Virus record (IMG/VR): IMGVR_UViG_3300032265_002780
Span: 1-55,243 of that record
Strand: one strand, 5' to 3'
DNA: 55,243 nt
Source of the DNA: a virus
Lineage: Duplodnaviria > Caudoviricetes
Shown here: positions 1 through 9,352 of the stretch, one piece after another
How the letters are laid out: every line of letters starts with the position of its first letter
How positions within the stretch are numbered: the stretch's first letter is position 1
Position numbers and translations under genes: made by a program
Notes under the pieces: generated by a model
The model's database searches: none
What the model saw: only the letters and a program-made list of their open reading frames with translations
Told to the model about the DNA's origin: nothing

Positions 1-344
1 TGCATCTCTCTAATATTATCTTCACTCCAAAAATATTTTCCTGGAGTTTTATTTCCGTTTAAAGAATAAACTCTTTGAGGAAATTTTAAATCACCTCTAT
101 ACAGATGCATTTTAATTGTATCTTCATGTTTTCCAATTAATTGGACAACTTCTTTGATGGGGTAGGCGTGTTGTTTATTTTTATTGACATCTGCCAAACT
201 ATAAGCAACACGCTTACCCAACTGATAATCCCATGCAACAATAAGGTCCTCTGCACGAGAGCGACGTAGAACTTTGTGCAACTTGCCGTTTAGATAGAAA
301 TACCGTAGGCGTGTTGTACTATTTCTTCCTGTCTTGCTACCCAT
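1..344 (-). CDS. partial gene running off the window; putative DNA-binding (HTH-like) protein
   Basis: Not in the ORF track. ATG at 344 gives MGSKTGRNSTTRLRYFYLNGKLHKVLRRSRAEDLIVAWDY...YPIKEVVQLIGKHEDTIKMHLYRG..., open to the window edge. The 'Y-x-I-x-EV-x-x-LIG-x-H-x-x-TI' segment resembles MerR/excisionase-type HTHs. Confidence 0.6.
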   Translation of the reverse strand, partial: MGSKTGRNSTTRLRYFYLNGKLHKVLRRSRAEDLIVAWDYQLGKRVAYSLADVNKNKQHAYPIKEVVQLIGKHEDTIKMHLYRGDLKFPQRVYSLNGNKTPGKYFWSEDNIREM

Positions 345-475
345 GACCCAAACCTATTATCTCTCTTGATCATCCATCTTTTCCCACATAAAGCACAGAA
401 CAATTCAACCCGTAGGTTCTGGGAATAAACTCTATCAACGAATACTCGTCCTGTACATTTTTTACAATTAAGCAT
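290..475 (-). CDS. small zinc-ribbon protein
   Basis: 61 aa with CKKC and CALC pairs. Confidence 0.7.
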   Translation of the reverse strand: MLNCKKCTGRVFVDRVYSQNLRVELFCALCGKRWMIKRDNRFGSWVARQEEIVQHAYGISI

Positions 476-495
476 TATTAAGTTTTATCTATAAC

Positions 496-675
496 TTACT
501 TTGCTGGTGCGTTAAAGTGGTCAATAGTACCCTTGAGTACTGGTCCTAGGACACCAACAAGTGCTGCCCATGCTACCTTCTTGACGTCGTGATTTCCACC
601 CTGCCAAATTGCCACTGCTGCTGCAGCGGTTGCATATACATAGTGCTCTACAAGAGCTTTACGCTTTGCATTCAT
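496..675 (-). CDS. 59-aa holin-like membrane protein
   Basis: Below the ORF-track cutoff. SD AAGGAG precedes MNAKRKALVEHYVYATAAAAVAIWQGGNHDVKKVAWAALVGVLGPVLKGTIDHFNAPAK*, which has two hydrophobic segments. Confidence 0.6.
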   Translation of the reverse strand: MNAKRKALVEHYVYATAAAAVAIWQGGNHDVKKVAWAALVGVLGPVLKGTIDHFNAPAK

Positions 676-771
676 TTTTTATCTCCTTTTAAGATATAGA
701 TAGATGATGCCTTAATTAGGCGGGAATTGAAACCCTTTTTTATATAATTTTTCATCTATTTTTTCCCCTAT

Positions 772-1575
772 TTATATAGAGAATAGTTTCCCGTCTACAT
801 AACATGTGTAGTCACGAGAAATTTCCACAATTTGTACATGAGGATGTTGACCATTCTCAATATGTGCAATTGCGAAACCTTTTTGCCAGTCATGATTTTG
901 TGTGTAATTCATACCTGCAGACTTTTCATCACACATATGACCGATTTCATATCCACGAAGAATTCTTCCATTTGTTTCTAGTGGCAGTTCATATGTAACA
1001 AAATGCGAAGCAATTCTATGTGAATGTCCTCTAATTAAAGATACTTGAAGATCAAGAACATCTTTTCTTACCGCCCCAGAGTCAGCAATTGAAAGTCCAT
1101 GATGAACATGGATGTCTCCAAATCTTTGCTTAGGCAATTCATTATAATAAATATAATCATAACCAAGGGTATCTAAAGACCACAAAGATTCTGGTGTTAT
1201 ATCAGCAAGATATTCTGGAAGCTTTTTATCTAAATAATCAAAAATTCTAATATCGTGATTCCCCAAAGCTGAAAATAATTGTGCTTCTGGCAACATCTCA
1301 CGGGTTTTTGCATAAAAATCTCTTGCACCTTTTGCTTCATGTCGCATCATTGGAACAATTAAATCTTTGCTATCATTTTTATGAAGCTGCATAAATTCTG
1401 CAGACTTTCCTTCTGTATATTTGCTATAGCAAGCTTGATCATCTGTATCTCCAAGATAATCAACAACATCTGGCTTAAACCATTTCATAACCTTGAACCA
1501 AAGTTCAATGGCCTTGTCATCTTGATACGGGAACTGCTGATCAGATGATAGCATCCATTTTAAATCATTACTCAT
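772..1575 (-). CDS. calcineurin-like metallophosphoesterase
   Basis: Motifs SSDQQ, GDTDD, GNHD, HHG and GHSHR in the canonical order. Confidence 0.85.
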   Translation of the reverse strand: MSNDLKWMLSSDQQFPYQDDKAIELWFKVMKWFKPDVVDYLGDTDDQACYSKYTEGKSAEFMQLHKNDSKDLIVPMMRHEAKGARDFYAKTREMLPEAQLFSALGNHDIRIFDYLDKKLPEYLADITPESLWSLDTLGYDYIYYNELPKQRFGDIHVHHGLSIADSGAVRKDVLDLQVSLIRGHSHRIASHFVTYELPLETNGRILRGYEIGHMCDEKSAGMNYTQNHDWQKGFAIAHIENGQHPHVQIVEISRDYTCYVDGKLFSI

Positions 1576-1600
1576 ATAATCCTTTGTCTAGGTTTAATCA

Positions 1601-1630
1601 ATTGTAGCGTACTGTATTGTTTTTTGTCAA
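1601..1630 (-). promoter_or_regulatory. sigma70-type promoter
   Basis: TTGACA-18 nt-TACAAT upstream of the phosphoesterase gene. Confidence 0.65.
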
Positions 1631-1887
1631 GCAACATGTGCTTTATTATGCTCTATTCTTGAACATAAAAAAAGATTAATTAACCTGTTATCCATCTTAT
1701 CTTCATTAATATGATGAATGGTTTCCCAATCTTCTATAATTCTATTTAATTGTTTTTCTATTATAAGGCGGTGTTCATAATACCAACCTTTAAAATTTTT
1801 AGGTTGTTCTGGTACTTTTATTAAAACATAGCCTTCACGACTTATTTTCCTATCCCGCTTTGTCCAAGCTTTGATAGGTTCATACAC
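1627..1887 (-). CDS. HNH endonuclease (HNH_3-like)
   Basis: GYVLIKVP...YEHRLI...IHHINEDKMDNRLINL...H. The likely start is the GTG at 1887, overlapping the upstream TAG. Confidence 0.8.
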   Translation of the reverse strand: MYEPIKAWTKRDRKISREGYVLIKVPEQPKNFKGWYYEHRLIIEKQLNRIIEDWETIHHINEDKMDNRLINLFLCSRIEHNKAHVA

Positions 1888-2291
1888 TATCCGTTTCCTA
1901 CTGCAATCCACCAAATATATCCTTTTGAGCTTGGCGGTGCTGGGCTAACATTAACATCTACATATGTTTTAGTTGGAACTGTTGCTTTTCCTAAATATGC
2001 TGTTCTTACAACTCCATCTTGACTTGAACAAAATGCTACAACATCTGGAGGTGAAGTAAAAATTTTTTTAAAAGTTACTCTTGTTGTTGCTCCTGCATAA
2101 AGGGTATGTCCTGAATCAATAACTTGTTTTCCAGATGCGGTACTTCCATCAGGATTAACTATAACATTTGTAGCATTTGCAATTAATTGATCAATTTGAT
2201 CTTGTTGCTTATTTACTGTATCAATTAATACTGAAATAGTTGTATAGTCAATAACTGCATTGTCTGATTGAATAATCTTGTTACTACTCAT
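1887..2291 (-). CDS. hypothetical virion/tail-associated protein
   Basis: N-terminal coiled coil, then a beta-rich 'VTFKKIFTSPPDVV...YIWWIAVG' domain like small tail-fibre C-terminal domains. Confidence 0.5.
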   Translation of the reverse strand: MSSNKIIQSDNAVIDYTTISVLIDTVNKQQDQIDQLIANATNVIVNPDGSTASGKQVIDSGHTLYAGATTRVTFKKIFTSPPDVVAFCSSQDGVVRTAYLGKATVPTKTYVDVNVSPAPPSSKGYIWWIAVGNG

Positions 2292-2682
2292 TTATTGGAT
2301 CCCCTTCTTCGTGGACAAGAATTTCTTGTTGTCCCGCCTTGATAACTTCTGTATTCATCCATTCTAGCACATCTGGACTTAAAATGTGTCGTCTTTTTGA
2401 ATCGCTTATAAGATATATTTTACCATCTGAAATGTCTTGAACCAAAGATCCGTCTCTAAAGCCTAACGTTCCAGACATAAGTAATTTACTTAACATATTA
2501 TCATTTGTTTTAATGATGGGTAATGACCATGACATTGTAGCTCTTTCAGATACAAGCCTAAATTTTTTACCACCCTTAACATAAAAATAACCTTTTTCAG
2601 TATGAGCAATTAAACCACTTGGTACTGATGGGTTATAGATTTTCTGGGGCGGTCTTTTCTGAAAGTTCTTTAGAATATTCAT
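2284..2682 (-). CDS. hypothetical protein
   Basis: 132-aa ORF overlapping both neighbours in a continuous operon. Confidence 0.65.
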   Translation of the reverse strand: MNILKNFQKRPPQKIYNPSVPSGLIAHTEKGYFYVKGGKKFRLVSERATMSWSLPIIKTNDNMLSKLLMSGTLGFRDGSLVQDISDGKIYLISDSKRRHILSPDVLEWMNTEVIKAGQQEILVHEEGDPINE

Positions 2683-2824
2683 CTATTGCTTTCTGCTTAT
2701 CTTCTGATTGTTGCATTTGTTGTGTTAATTCTGCTCTGAGTATGGCTATTTGAGTTTCATAGTTTGAAACAAGTTCACCAATACGTTGTTGTAGAGCAGT
2801 AATTACTAATTCTGCTTTTTCCAT
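2633..2824 (-). CDS. small coiled-coil protein
   Basis: Heptad pattern; SD AAGGA upstream. Confidence 0.7.
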   Translation of the reverse strand: MEKAELVITALQQRIGELVSNYETQIAILRAELTQQMQQSEDKQKAIDEYSKELSEKTAPENL

Positions 2825-2833
2825 TATATTCCT

Positions 2834-3058
2834 TTAATTAGTTATTGTTAATGTTGCAAGTTCTGCATTTAAAACATCAATTTGTTTTGTAATATCGTTA
2901 AGTTGATTATTTACATTAGAAATGACTTTTTCATCTGGAGTGGCTTTAGCATTTTCTTCTTTTAAGCTTAGCTCTATATTATATTGACCAAAATATAGAT
3001 TACTCAAATGATTATTGATGATTGATGCTTTTTCATTGTCTGTTAGTGTAGTTGCCAT
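2834..3058 (-). CDS. small coiled-coil protein, paralog of 3075..3290
   Basis: SD GGAGG. Shares the 'PD...I.N.NN.L..I...I.VL..EL..L' pattern with its neighbour. Confidence 0.7.
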   Translation of the reverse strand: MATTLTDNEKASIINNHLSNLYFGQYNIELSLKEENAKATPDEKVISNVNNQLNDITKQIDVLNAELATLTITN

Positions 3059-3074
3059 TTTTCCTCCTTCCTTA

Positions 3075-3290
3075 TTATATCAGATTTTCTAATTCTGTGC
3101 TTAAAACTTGAATATTGCTCAAAATTATATTTAAATCATTATTTAAATTATCTATTTTTGATTGATCGGGGATTTCTAAAGACTTTTCTTTATCTATTTC
3201 AAATTTAATATAGCTTTGATTTGATTTCCACATACCAATTCTTTTTTCTAAAATATATTTTTTTTGATCTATATTTAGTTGATTTATCAT
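3075..3290 (-). CDS. small coiled-coil protein, paralog of 2834..3058
   Basis: SD AGGAG; same sequence pattern. Confidence 0.7.
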   Translation of the reverse strand: MINQLNIDQKKYILEKRIGMWKSNQSYIKFEIDKEKSLEIPDQSKIDNLNNDLNIILSNIQVLSTELENLI

Positions 3291-3299
3291 TTTTTCTCC

Positions 3300-4430
3300 T
3301 TAAATTTGAAAATATGTACTGGCGGTACCAACGGAATTAGATGCATAAGCATAATAACCTGCAAAAGTTCCATGTACGGAATCATCCCAATATTCTGATA
3401 CAAAAATTGAATTTCCTGTTCCCGTTATGGTTGTATAATAATTTCCACGACCATCATATATGTATACAGTCCAACTTGTTGCATTACTAGAATATAGTGT
3501 TGCTGATGAGCCATAATATTGATAAGGAGAGCTGTAATAAAAATAATATCCACTAGAGCTACCACCATACCCTGAATATGAATTTAAATATGAATAATCA
3601 GTTCTAGAAACAGATATTGCCCCAGGTGCTGGCAAGCTTTGTGTTGTTGCAACCAATGCTCCCGCAGTTCCTGCATATCCAGTATAATTTGACATATTTG
3701 TTCCTGTAGTTCCAGTAATTGGAATTACATATATAATATATGATCTTCCTGAAACTAATCCTGTTATAGTAAAATATTGACCATTTGTATTATCAGTATA
3801 GCCTCCGCCTCCATTTACTCCATAATAAAATGTTGATGTGGCAAGATCATAGTAATAAATAATAAATCTATTAGTATATACATAGTCTGTAGAAGATTGA
3901 TTTACATAAAATTGAATAGAATTTGTTCCTACTGAAGTTTGACTAACATTGGGTTGTCCTGGAACATATTGACTAGCGTTGGTTGATGTTGATGTATAAG
4001 AATTTCCTGATGAATCTTGTGCTACAACTCTAAAACGATAATATGCTGTACCGCCATTTACCCAATAATTTGAATTATTTGCTATTGTATATGTACCAAT
4101 TGAAGTTGATGTTGATGGATTTGTTGTTGATCCAGAAGTCATAGCTGACCAGTTAGCATTATCTGAAGACCAATCAAAATAATACGTTAATGTTGTTGGC
4201 GATGGAGACCAACGATAATTTGTTCCAGTAAGGTTTAATAATGATGATGTATTATAAGATGAAGATATTGTAACTGTTTGAGCTATCTGAAGAAATGAAG
4301 AATAAAATTGTCTCCAAACAGAACCATCACTTATATAAGCAAATTTAACAGTATTCCAAACATTGCTTCCACTTATAAAAATTGATTTTATTGTATTCCA
4401 AACATTACTTCCGCTGATTTGCATTTGCAT
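3300..4430 (-). CDS. tail fibre/receptor-binding protein with FN3-like domains
   Basis: N-terminal ISGSNVWNT repeats; FN3 signatures (YYRFRVVAQD, ITGLVSGRSYIIYV); S/T/Y-rich. Confidence 0.65.
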   Translation of the reverse strand: MQMQISGSNVWNTIKSIFISGSNVWNTVKFAYISDGSVWRQFYSSFLQIAQTVTISSSYNTSSLLNLTGTNYRWSPSPTTLTYYFDWSSDNANWSAMTSGSTTNPSTSTSIGTYTIANNSNYWVNGGTAYYRFRVVAQDSSGNSYTSTSTNASQYVPGQPNVSQTSVGTNSIQFYVNQSSTDYVYTNRFIIYYYDLATSTFYYGVNGGGGYTDNTNGQYFTITGLVSGRSYIIYVIPITGTTGTNMSNYTGYAGTAGALVATTQSLPAPGAISVSRTDYSYLNSYSGYGGSSSGYYFYYSSPYQYYGSSATLYSSNATSWTVYIYDGRGNYYTTITGTGNSIFVSEYWDDSVHGTFAGYYAYASNSVGTASTYFQI

Positions 4431-4431
4431 A

Positions 4432-7400
4432 TTAATAAACCAATACTATTAAGCCAACATTTGATGATGATGCTGTATATGGATTTGAGCCAGATGCTGC
4501 AACAATATTTCTTAATCCTGCTGTTGCTATTCCAGATGCGTTACCAACGGTTACTCCTCCTGAAGTGGCACTAAGATAAGAATTTGTACTAAATATTAAT
4601 TGTGCTGATGTAGAATTTAAAGATAAAGACCCGCCTGTATTTGTTCCAATGCTTATTGAATTTCCATTAGATAAACTTACATAAGAACTATTATCAGCAC
4701 TTTGCATTTGAATTATTCCAGAGCTATATCCTAAAATTGATCCTGCAAGAGATGCTCCATAACTAAAAGAAATTACATCTGAGCCGCTGTTACTTATTTT
4801 TACACCTTGACCGCTAGTTAAATAAGTTAAAGTTTGAAAAGATGAACCTGTAATTGTAGACGCAGTGATTGATCCAGTAAATGTTCCACTTGTAGCAGTT
4901 ATTGCTCCAGATATTGTAGCATTAGAAGCATGTAATGTTCCATCAGCATTTACATAAAAAGCATTTGATGAAGGAGTTGCTGAATTTCCCGCCCATAAAA
5001 CTGTTGTATTTGTAGCTGATGGTGCTGCTAATCCAACATAATAACTTGACCCACTTGTTGTATTTGCAGTAATTTTTGCATTTGTTGAATCAAGAGTAAT
5101 TGTGCCAGTTCCTGATGTTGCAGTAATATTTGGATTTCCAACTGTCCAACCACCAATATTTGCTGATTTAGTTGTAAACAAACCAGTTGTAGCATCAATA
5201 GTTGTAATTCCTTGTGTAGTTGAATTACTAAATGTTAATCCTGTTGAATTTAATATAAATCCTGCAGACGTTAATGATCCATTTGAATTAAGAGTTCCAG
5301 AATATATTGAAGCCCCGCCTGTTATTCCTGATGCTATTGAAACGTTTCCAGAAAAGCTACCGCCTGTTGCTGTAATAGTTCCATTAACTATTGCGCCTGT
5401 TGCATACATAACTCCTGCAGATGTAACGTGAAAACCTGATGAAAGATTAGAAGAAGAAGCACCGACATCTAATTGTCCGCCACTTATCGTTATATTACTT
5501 GCTTTAACTGCACCTAAAGGTGTTACGCTAAATGGGGCGGTATTGTCAGAATTTGAAGAACTTGTTGCACCTGCCCAAAATGCATAATTAGTATTAGATG
5601 CAGACAATCCAGTATATTTTGTAATTCCACTTATAAGTAAACTTTCAATTTTATTTGATGATATTGCCCAGTCCGCAATCTTTGCATTGATAGTTGAAAA
5701 TGTATATCCGCCTGAACCAGCATTTGATATTATTGATGTAGTTGGTGATGTTCCAGTTGTTGCGGATCCATCATAAGCAAATATTCCTGAGTATGAATTA
5801 TTAGTGTTGTAATATGAATCAACGCCAAGCAGTATTCTTGCGCCTGTTGATGAAGATGAGCCAACATATATTGCGCCTGCAGTTCCGCCTACTTGTACAG
5901 CATTTTGAATAAGACTTAATGCAGGGTTTATAGGTGTTATTGTTAATGCTGCAGATGTCAAAGAAGAATTACCAAAATCATCATAATATCTTATAACCAC
6001 TGATGTTGGAACATATAAATTATTAAATATATTAGCTGGACTTGGACCAGAGTACACGAGGCCCTGCATTGAATAAGTGCCTGATGCTTGGGTTGTTAAT
6101 GGATTACTTAGGGTTAAAGTAAATGTTGGAGCAGATCCAGATACTGAGGATACATAAGTATTTGCTGGAATTCCCGTTCCAGTTATAATATATCCATCAA
6201 TCACAGATGTTAATGTATTGCCATCATTATCTTTAACATTATTTACCGTTAATGTTGTAGCATTTGTTGATCCGCCAGAAACATATGACATTGTAATTGC
6301 ATCTGGGGGTTGTGTTGGCCAAGACGTATTTGTAAATTTTTCATAAACTTCAGCATATGTTGCTGGAACAGTTGAAAAATCAAACGTTAGAGCATATCCA
6401 TCAACTACCGCAATAATTGTTGGTGTTGGAGTTATTCCAGATAATCCGTTTGCTCTTGCTGGAACGTTAAAAGAAACTCCGCTACTTGGTACATCTGTTA
6501 CTGAATAACTTAACATTACTCCAGAGAAAGATGAGAAATATTGACCAAATTGTGCAAATATTTCCGACTTAGTTATTGTATAAGATTGATTTAAATTTGA
6601 AGTGCCATTTGGGAAAAAATAAAAATATCCTATTTGTGAGTTTGGTGCAGTTAATTTAATTAAATACCTAATTCCTGCATTTGTTGATGGTATTGTAAAT
6701 GGTACAACAATATTGTTTCCCGACCAAGACACCGTTCCGATAGTTACTTCGGTTGGCGAAGTAGTATTTACTGTTACGGGTGATGTTGGTGTTATAGCAT
6801 ATGCAGTTGAATATGCTGTAAAGTTTCCTATTGTATCAACAAATCTTGCTCTTACCCACCTTTTATTTGTATTTGGTGAAATTATAATTGATGGATTTAA
6901 TGTACCAGCATATACAACGTTATATCCAGTTCCTGGATTTGTGCTTGAACTTGATTCAACTTCTTCAATTGATATTGCATTAAAAGAAGGATCTGTTTGT
7001 GAATTCCATGCTACGCTGTATCCATTTGTAACAGAAGAAACTGTAATTGTTGGAGCACTTAAAGACGGAACATATGTTGCTGCTGCTGCTGTTGTAGCAG
7101 TACTTTGATTTCCAAATCTATCTTCTGCAACAATGCTTAAATTAATTGAAGTAGAAACAAAACCAAACATAGACTTATTTTCAGCTAAACTAAATGAATA
7201 TGATCTTGCTGATATAGGAAGGATTACAGATTTAGTTGCACTGCCTTCCGTAAAAGATAAAATAAAGTCTTTTGAAAAGTCTGGTGATCCCGCCGTCCAG
7301 CTCCAAGTAACATTTAATGTTGTTCCAGTCCAAGAACTAGTTAGTCCTGTTGGAGCATTAGGCTTTGGAATACTTGCTGCATCTGTTGTGTTTAATAGTG

Positions 7401-8400
7401 TACCTGCAACATCTATGCTTGTTGCAGAAAAAGAACCATCGTCATACCAATAATTTTTAGAATTTATATATATACCATTTTGACCACTTGTGCCAACTCC
7501 TGGTCCAATCTTAATTGTTCCTGCTGTAACTTGTCCAGCAAAGTATGCTTTTCCAGTTAATGCGTCAATATAAAATTCTTTTACTCCATTATTATATCCA
7601 GCTAAACCTGTTTGATTTAATACAACGCCTGTTCCAGTTGTTACTCCGCTTACTACATCTATGCTTCCAGCATCTGAAAAAGTACCAGCATATACTGCAC
7701 CGCCAGATAATTGAGTGTTAGTATTTACATTTGGTGAATTAAAGTTTGCACCACTTGCAGAAAAAGCGGGAGTTGTTATATTGAATGGATTACTCCATTC
7801 TGAAAAAATAGTATTGCCAGAACTGTCTGTTGAAACCGCTCTTACTTTAATATCATAATTTTGATTTGGAGATAACTCGGTACTAACGTCAACTAAAACT
7901 CTATTTGTAGAAGCTATATCTGCTGGAGGATTATTGGTTGGAGTATTTGATCCAGCTGATGGAGATGGAGTTATGATTCCTTGATCCAATGTTTGGCCTG
8001 TAGGGCTTTTTGTTGTTACTGGTCCAGGTCCTGGAGTTTGTGTATTATTGTTAGTTGATCCTGTAGGAGTTACAGAAACTGTTGTTGTTTTTGCAACTGG
8101 CAATATAACAAGATTTTGTGAAGATGAATTTTGATATTGTTTTGTTACTCCAGCTGTACTACCATTATATGGAGTAACATATACATAATACTTATAGCCT
8201 GGATTTAAACCTGGAAAATCAAATGTAATTGTAGAGCCAAAAGCAGAGGCATAAATGGTAATTGGTTCTGGATTATATCCATGAACAACATCTGTTAATG
8301 AAATAACATATTTTGTTGTATTTGCTGGTTTTGCAAAAGTAAGGGTTATATAATTTGTATAAGCATTTATGCTTAAGTTACCAATTGTACCTACGCTCAT
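4432..8400 (-). CDS. large minor tail/central fibre protein with FN3 repeats
   Basis: 1322 aa. FN3 motifs (LNPGYKYYVYV, LSPNQNYDIKVRAV, PNAPTGL) and fibre-shaft repeats (PFSVTPLGAVKASNITISG, FYVNADGTLHASNATISG). Confidence 0.75.
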   Translation of the reverse strand: MSVGTIGNLSINAYTNYITLTFAKPANTTKYVISLTDVVHGYNPEPITIYASAFGSTITFDFPGLNPGYKYYVYVTPYNGSTAGVTKQYQNSSSQNLVILPVAKTTTVSVTPTGSTNNNTQTPGPGPVTTKSPTGQTLDQGIITPSPSAGSNTPTNNPPADIASTNRVLVDVSTELSPNQNYDIKVRAVSTDSSGNTIFSEWSNPFNITTPAFSASGANFNSPNVNTNTQLSGGAVYAGTFSDAGSIDVVSGVTTGTGVVLNQTGLAGYNNGVKEFYIDALTGKAYFAGQVTAGTIKIGPGVGTSGQNGIYINSKNYWYDDGSFSATSIDVAGTLLNTTDAASIPKPNAPTGLTSSWTGTTLNVTWSWTAGSPDFSKDFILSFTEGSATKSVILPISARSYSFSLAENKSMFGFVSTSINLSIVAEDRFGNQSTATTAAAATYVPSLSAPTITVSSVTNGYSVAWNSQTDPSFNAISIEEVESSSSTNPGTGYNVVYAGTLNPSIIISPNTNKRWVRARFVDTIGNFTAYSTAYAITPTSPVTVNTTSPTEVTIGTVSWSGNNIVVPFTIPSTNAGIRYLIKLTAPNSQIGYFYFFPNGTSNLNQSYTITKSEIFAQFGQYFSSFSGVMLSYSVTDVPSSGVSFNVPARANGLSGITPTPTIIAVVDGYALTFDFSTVPATYAEVYEKFTNTSWPTQPPDAITMSYVSGGSTNATTLTVNNVKDNDGNTLTSVIDGYIITGTGIPANTYVSSVSGSAPTFTLTLSNPLTTQASGTYSMQGLVYSGPSPANIFNNLYVPTSVVIRYYDDFGNSSLTSAALTITPINPALSLIQNAVQVGGTAGAIYVGSSSSTGARILLGVDSYYNTNNSYSGIFAYDGSATTGTSPTTSIISNAGSGGYTFSTINAKIADWAISSNKIESLLISGITKYTGLSASNTNYAFWAGATSSSNSDNTAPFSVTPLGAVKASNITISGGQLDVGASSSNLSSGFHVTSAGVMYATGAIVNGTITATGGSFSGNVSIASGITGGASIYSGTLNSNGSLTSAGFILNSTGLTFSNSTTQGITTIDATTGLFTTKSANIGGWTVGNPNITATSGTGTITLDSTNAKITANTTSGSSYYVGLAAPSATNTTVLWAGNSATPSSNAFYVNADGTLHASNATISGAITATSGTFTGSITASTITGSSFQTLTYLTSGQGVKISNSGSDVISFSYGASLAGSILGYSSGIIQMQSADNSSYVSLSNGNSISIGTNTGGSLSLNSTSAQLIFSTNSYLSATSGGVTVGNASGIATAGLRNIVAASGSNPYTASSSNVGLIVLVY

Positions 8401-8416
8401 CTATTTCACCCCCGCC

Positions 8417-9352
8417 CTATAATACCTGTACGTAATATTCTATATCCAATGGTGTGCCATAAATTTTTGCAATTGGGGTTGTAAGTAAAGACTTACTAAT
8501 TATATAATCTGTACTTGATAATTCTTGAGTTACTGAAGTTTTAATAGCATCAATAGTAAGAGAAGCTGTATTGTCTGTAGCTATAGAAATTGATGTAATT
8601 TGATTTGAATTATATATGTTTGAAGGCATATTGACATTTAAAGATTGATAATCAGAATTGTTTTGAAGGGTATATGGAAAAACATATGAATTGTTATAAT
8701 TATCAACCATTGTTATTGTTAAATTTCCAGCTACTGTATTGTATGCAAGAATCTGTAATGTATCTACATTTGTATATCCTAGCAAACTAAAATTAAATGT
8801 ATTGTTTGTATATAGTGTGTTTGGAGCCATGCCTATTGAAAACCCGCCAATTCTTGGCGATGCTGCTGCTTGAGGCATAAATCCAGTTAAATAAACTGTT
8901 CCTTGATTTGAAATATTTTGAGTATTATTATTAACCGATGCATACCAGTTTGTTAAATCAGAAAAATCTGTAATAATTTGATTGCTTCTATTTGAAACAT
9001 CTGTAGATCTATGCTCTGGGTATAACCCTACTTCATAAATATTTGCATAAAGGTTTTCTGGAAGAGTTCCTCTTATTACAATTAAATCTGGATTTGATGC
9101 TGTTGCAGATTGATAAGTTTTTAAAGTTACAGGAACCCTTGCTGTTTCAAAATTTAATTCAATATCTGCTGAGCTTACAGATGTATTTAATGCCCCTATG
9201 CATAAATCTGAAGCCCAATCAGATTTAACGCCAGCTAAATATTGAAGCAAGATTTTTCTACCATTAGTAGTAATTAAATTTTCAGATCTTCCTATTTCTA
9301 AACCGTTTTGTTTAAAAATATATGTTCCTTTAAAAAATTGTGATTGGTCCAA
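8417..9352 (-). CDS. minor tail/baseplate-like protein
   Basis: N-terminal 'NLITTNGRKILLQYLAG...ETARVPV...IYEVGL' pattern typical of tail-collar/baseplate proteins; tail-module position. Confidence 0.6.
   Translation of the reverse strand: MDQSQFFKGTYIFKQNGLEIGRSENLITTNGRKILLQYLAGVKSDWASDLCIGALNTSVSSADIELNFETARVPVTLKTYQSATASNPDLIVIRGTLPENLYANIYEVGLYPEHRSTDVSNRSNQIITDFSDLTNWYASVNNNTQNISNQGTVYLTGFMPQAAASPRIGGFSIGMAPNTLYTNNTFNFSLLGYTNVDTLQILAYNTVAGNLTITMVDNYNNSYVFPYTLQNNSDYQSLNVNMPSNIYNSNQITSISIATDNTASLTIDAIKTSVTQELSSTDYIISKSLLTTPIAKIYGTPLDIEYYVQVL

Noticed and set aside
720-737. tRNA gene suggested by GGGTTTCAATTCCC (T-arm-like) on the minus strand
   Set aside because: No acceptor, D or anticodon arms can be built around it.
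1627-1887. HNH gene as part of a self-splicing intron
   Set aside because: It is free-standing between intact genes, with no interrupted host ORF or intron core evident.
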